Position numbers and translations under genes: made by a program. Positions 8,175 through 8,988 of a stretch of DNA of 8,988 nucleotides are shown here, piece after piece. The notes beneath the pieces are model-generated. The model saw nothing but the letters and a program-made list of their open reading frames with translations. It was not told where the DNA came from and searched no databases. Location: positions 1-8,988 of the forward strand of contig NW_021828169.1 in assembly GCF_006345805.1 (NCBI RefSeq), read 5' to 3'. This DNA is from Octopus sinensis (taxonomy: Eukaryota). Position 1 is the stretch's first letter. Every line of letters begins with the position of its first letter.

Positions 8175-8988
8175 TTAAAACTGTGCTTTTGGCGATGCAA
8201 AAGCACCAGTAACATCATCAAAATTTGTATGTTGAGAATCCTTACGTTTAATGTTGAGCTTGCTTTGTTGACACTCTCAAATGTGATAATATCAGTTTCA
8301 CCTTGTTGAAAGAGCGCTCACGGCTAGCAACTGAAATCGCAACAGTGAGTATCATGGGAATAGTTACTTTCAAATGTAAAAAAACATTCATATCTTAACT
8401 GAATACATGAAACCATTAGTTGAATAAACTCCGAGATTGATATGATATCCTCCCAAAATTCTATTTTACATTACTAAGATTTATTTTGATTTTTTTTTTT
8501 TTTTTTTGCATGTGAGACGTTCTTCGAAATGTGAATGTTTGGTTGGCTTCTCAGAAAATGTCTTACAATCCAGAAGGTTTTCATGAAGTTCTATATCAGC
8601 GCTGTAGAAATGTCCATGATTAAGACAACATTCCTTTAAGATATTTGTATTATGACCGCTACTTACTTTTTAGTTAAACTAATTAACTAATTCCCTAACA
8701 TCTAAAAGAATACAAATTTTGAATTTAAATCATGGAGACGAACAAATATTTCTTCCGTGGGTGATGACCAGTAGTTTATTTCATTTTTCTCACCATTTCT
8801 TTCTTTTTCTTTTCTTTGTGTTTGCCCTTCGGCCGACAACCCTGGATTTTTTACTGAACAAATTTTCACCATTCTATAAAACCTTTTTATCAAAATATTC
8901 CATTTATTACATAACAGCTCAGCTCAAAATAATTCCCTGGTTCGTGATTCTCACCTATTCAAAAAGTAAGTTTAAAATGTCTTTATAT
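8175..8988 (-). pseudogene. Degenerate hAT-superfamily transposase, C-terminal part including the dimerisation domain
   Basis: Manual translation gives colinear fragments in shifting frames: AELLCNKWNILIKR...NPGLSAE...EEIFVRLHDLNSKFVFF (8923-8705); KVSSGHNTNILKECCLNHGHFYSADIELHENLLDCKTFSEKPTKHSHFEERLTC (8669-8508); DMNVFLHLKVTIPMILTVAISVASRERSFNKVKLILSHLRVS (8394-8269); and LNIKRKDSQHTNFDDVTGAFASPKAQF* (stop 8177-8175). SVAS(R)ERSF(N)KVKLI matches the hAT S.AS.ERSFS.LK motif (Pfam Dimer_Tnp_hAT). Multiple stops and frameshifts are present, and the relic runs off the window edge. Confidence 0.88.
8410..8508. other. 99-bp insertion with T18 tract interrupting the hAT relic, flanked by CATG direct repeats
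   Basis: CATG at 8406-8409 and 8509-8512. Removing the insert plus one CATG rejoins EERLTC-IQLR immediately before the DMNVF segment. Confidence 0.55.

Noticed and set aside
8490-8507. T18 as the poly(A) tail of a processed retrocopy
   Set aside because: No upstream AATAAA on the minus strand, and transposase homology continues on both sides of it.

Overview
AT-rich, microsatellite-dense eukaryotic DNA with no intact gene. The SINE-like repeats resemble, from memory, those of Octopus/cephalopod genomes; this was not database-checked. Contents: long (TA)n, (CA)n and (GATA)n/(GACA)n tracts; three tRNA-derived SINE-like copies plus one short remnant; and a frameshifted hAT transposase relic on the minus strand (8175 to the window edge) with a recognisable C-terminal dimerisation motif. 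There is also a diverged ~198-bp direct repeat pair. The most interesting signal is a set of (TA)n-abutting segments. One carries a complete type I hammerhead ribozyme core with a large stem II insert (6099-6200). One is a perfect 73-bp fold-back whose loop and arm contain the 3' half of a second hammerhead-like motif (7186-7341). One is a perfect 20-bp fold-back sharing a GATGCCGA...CATC motif with the second (569-619). Together they suggest non-autonomous Penelope-like or retrozyme-like elements sitting in TA microsatellites (inference). Most ORFs in the supplied track are microsatellite artefacts; 8702..8893 is part of the hAT relic.
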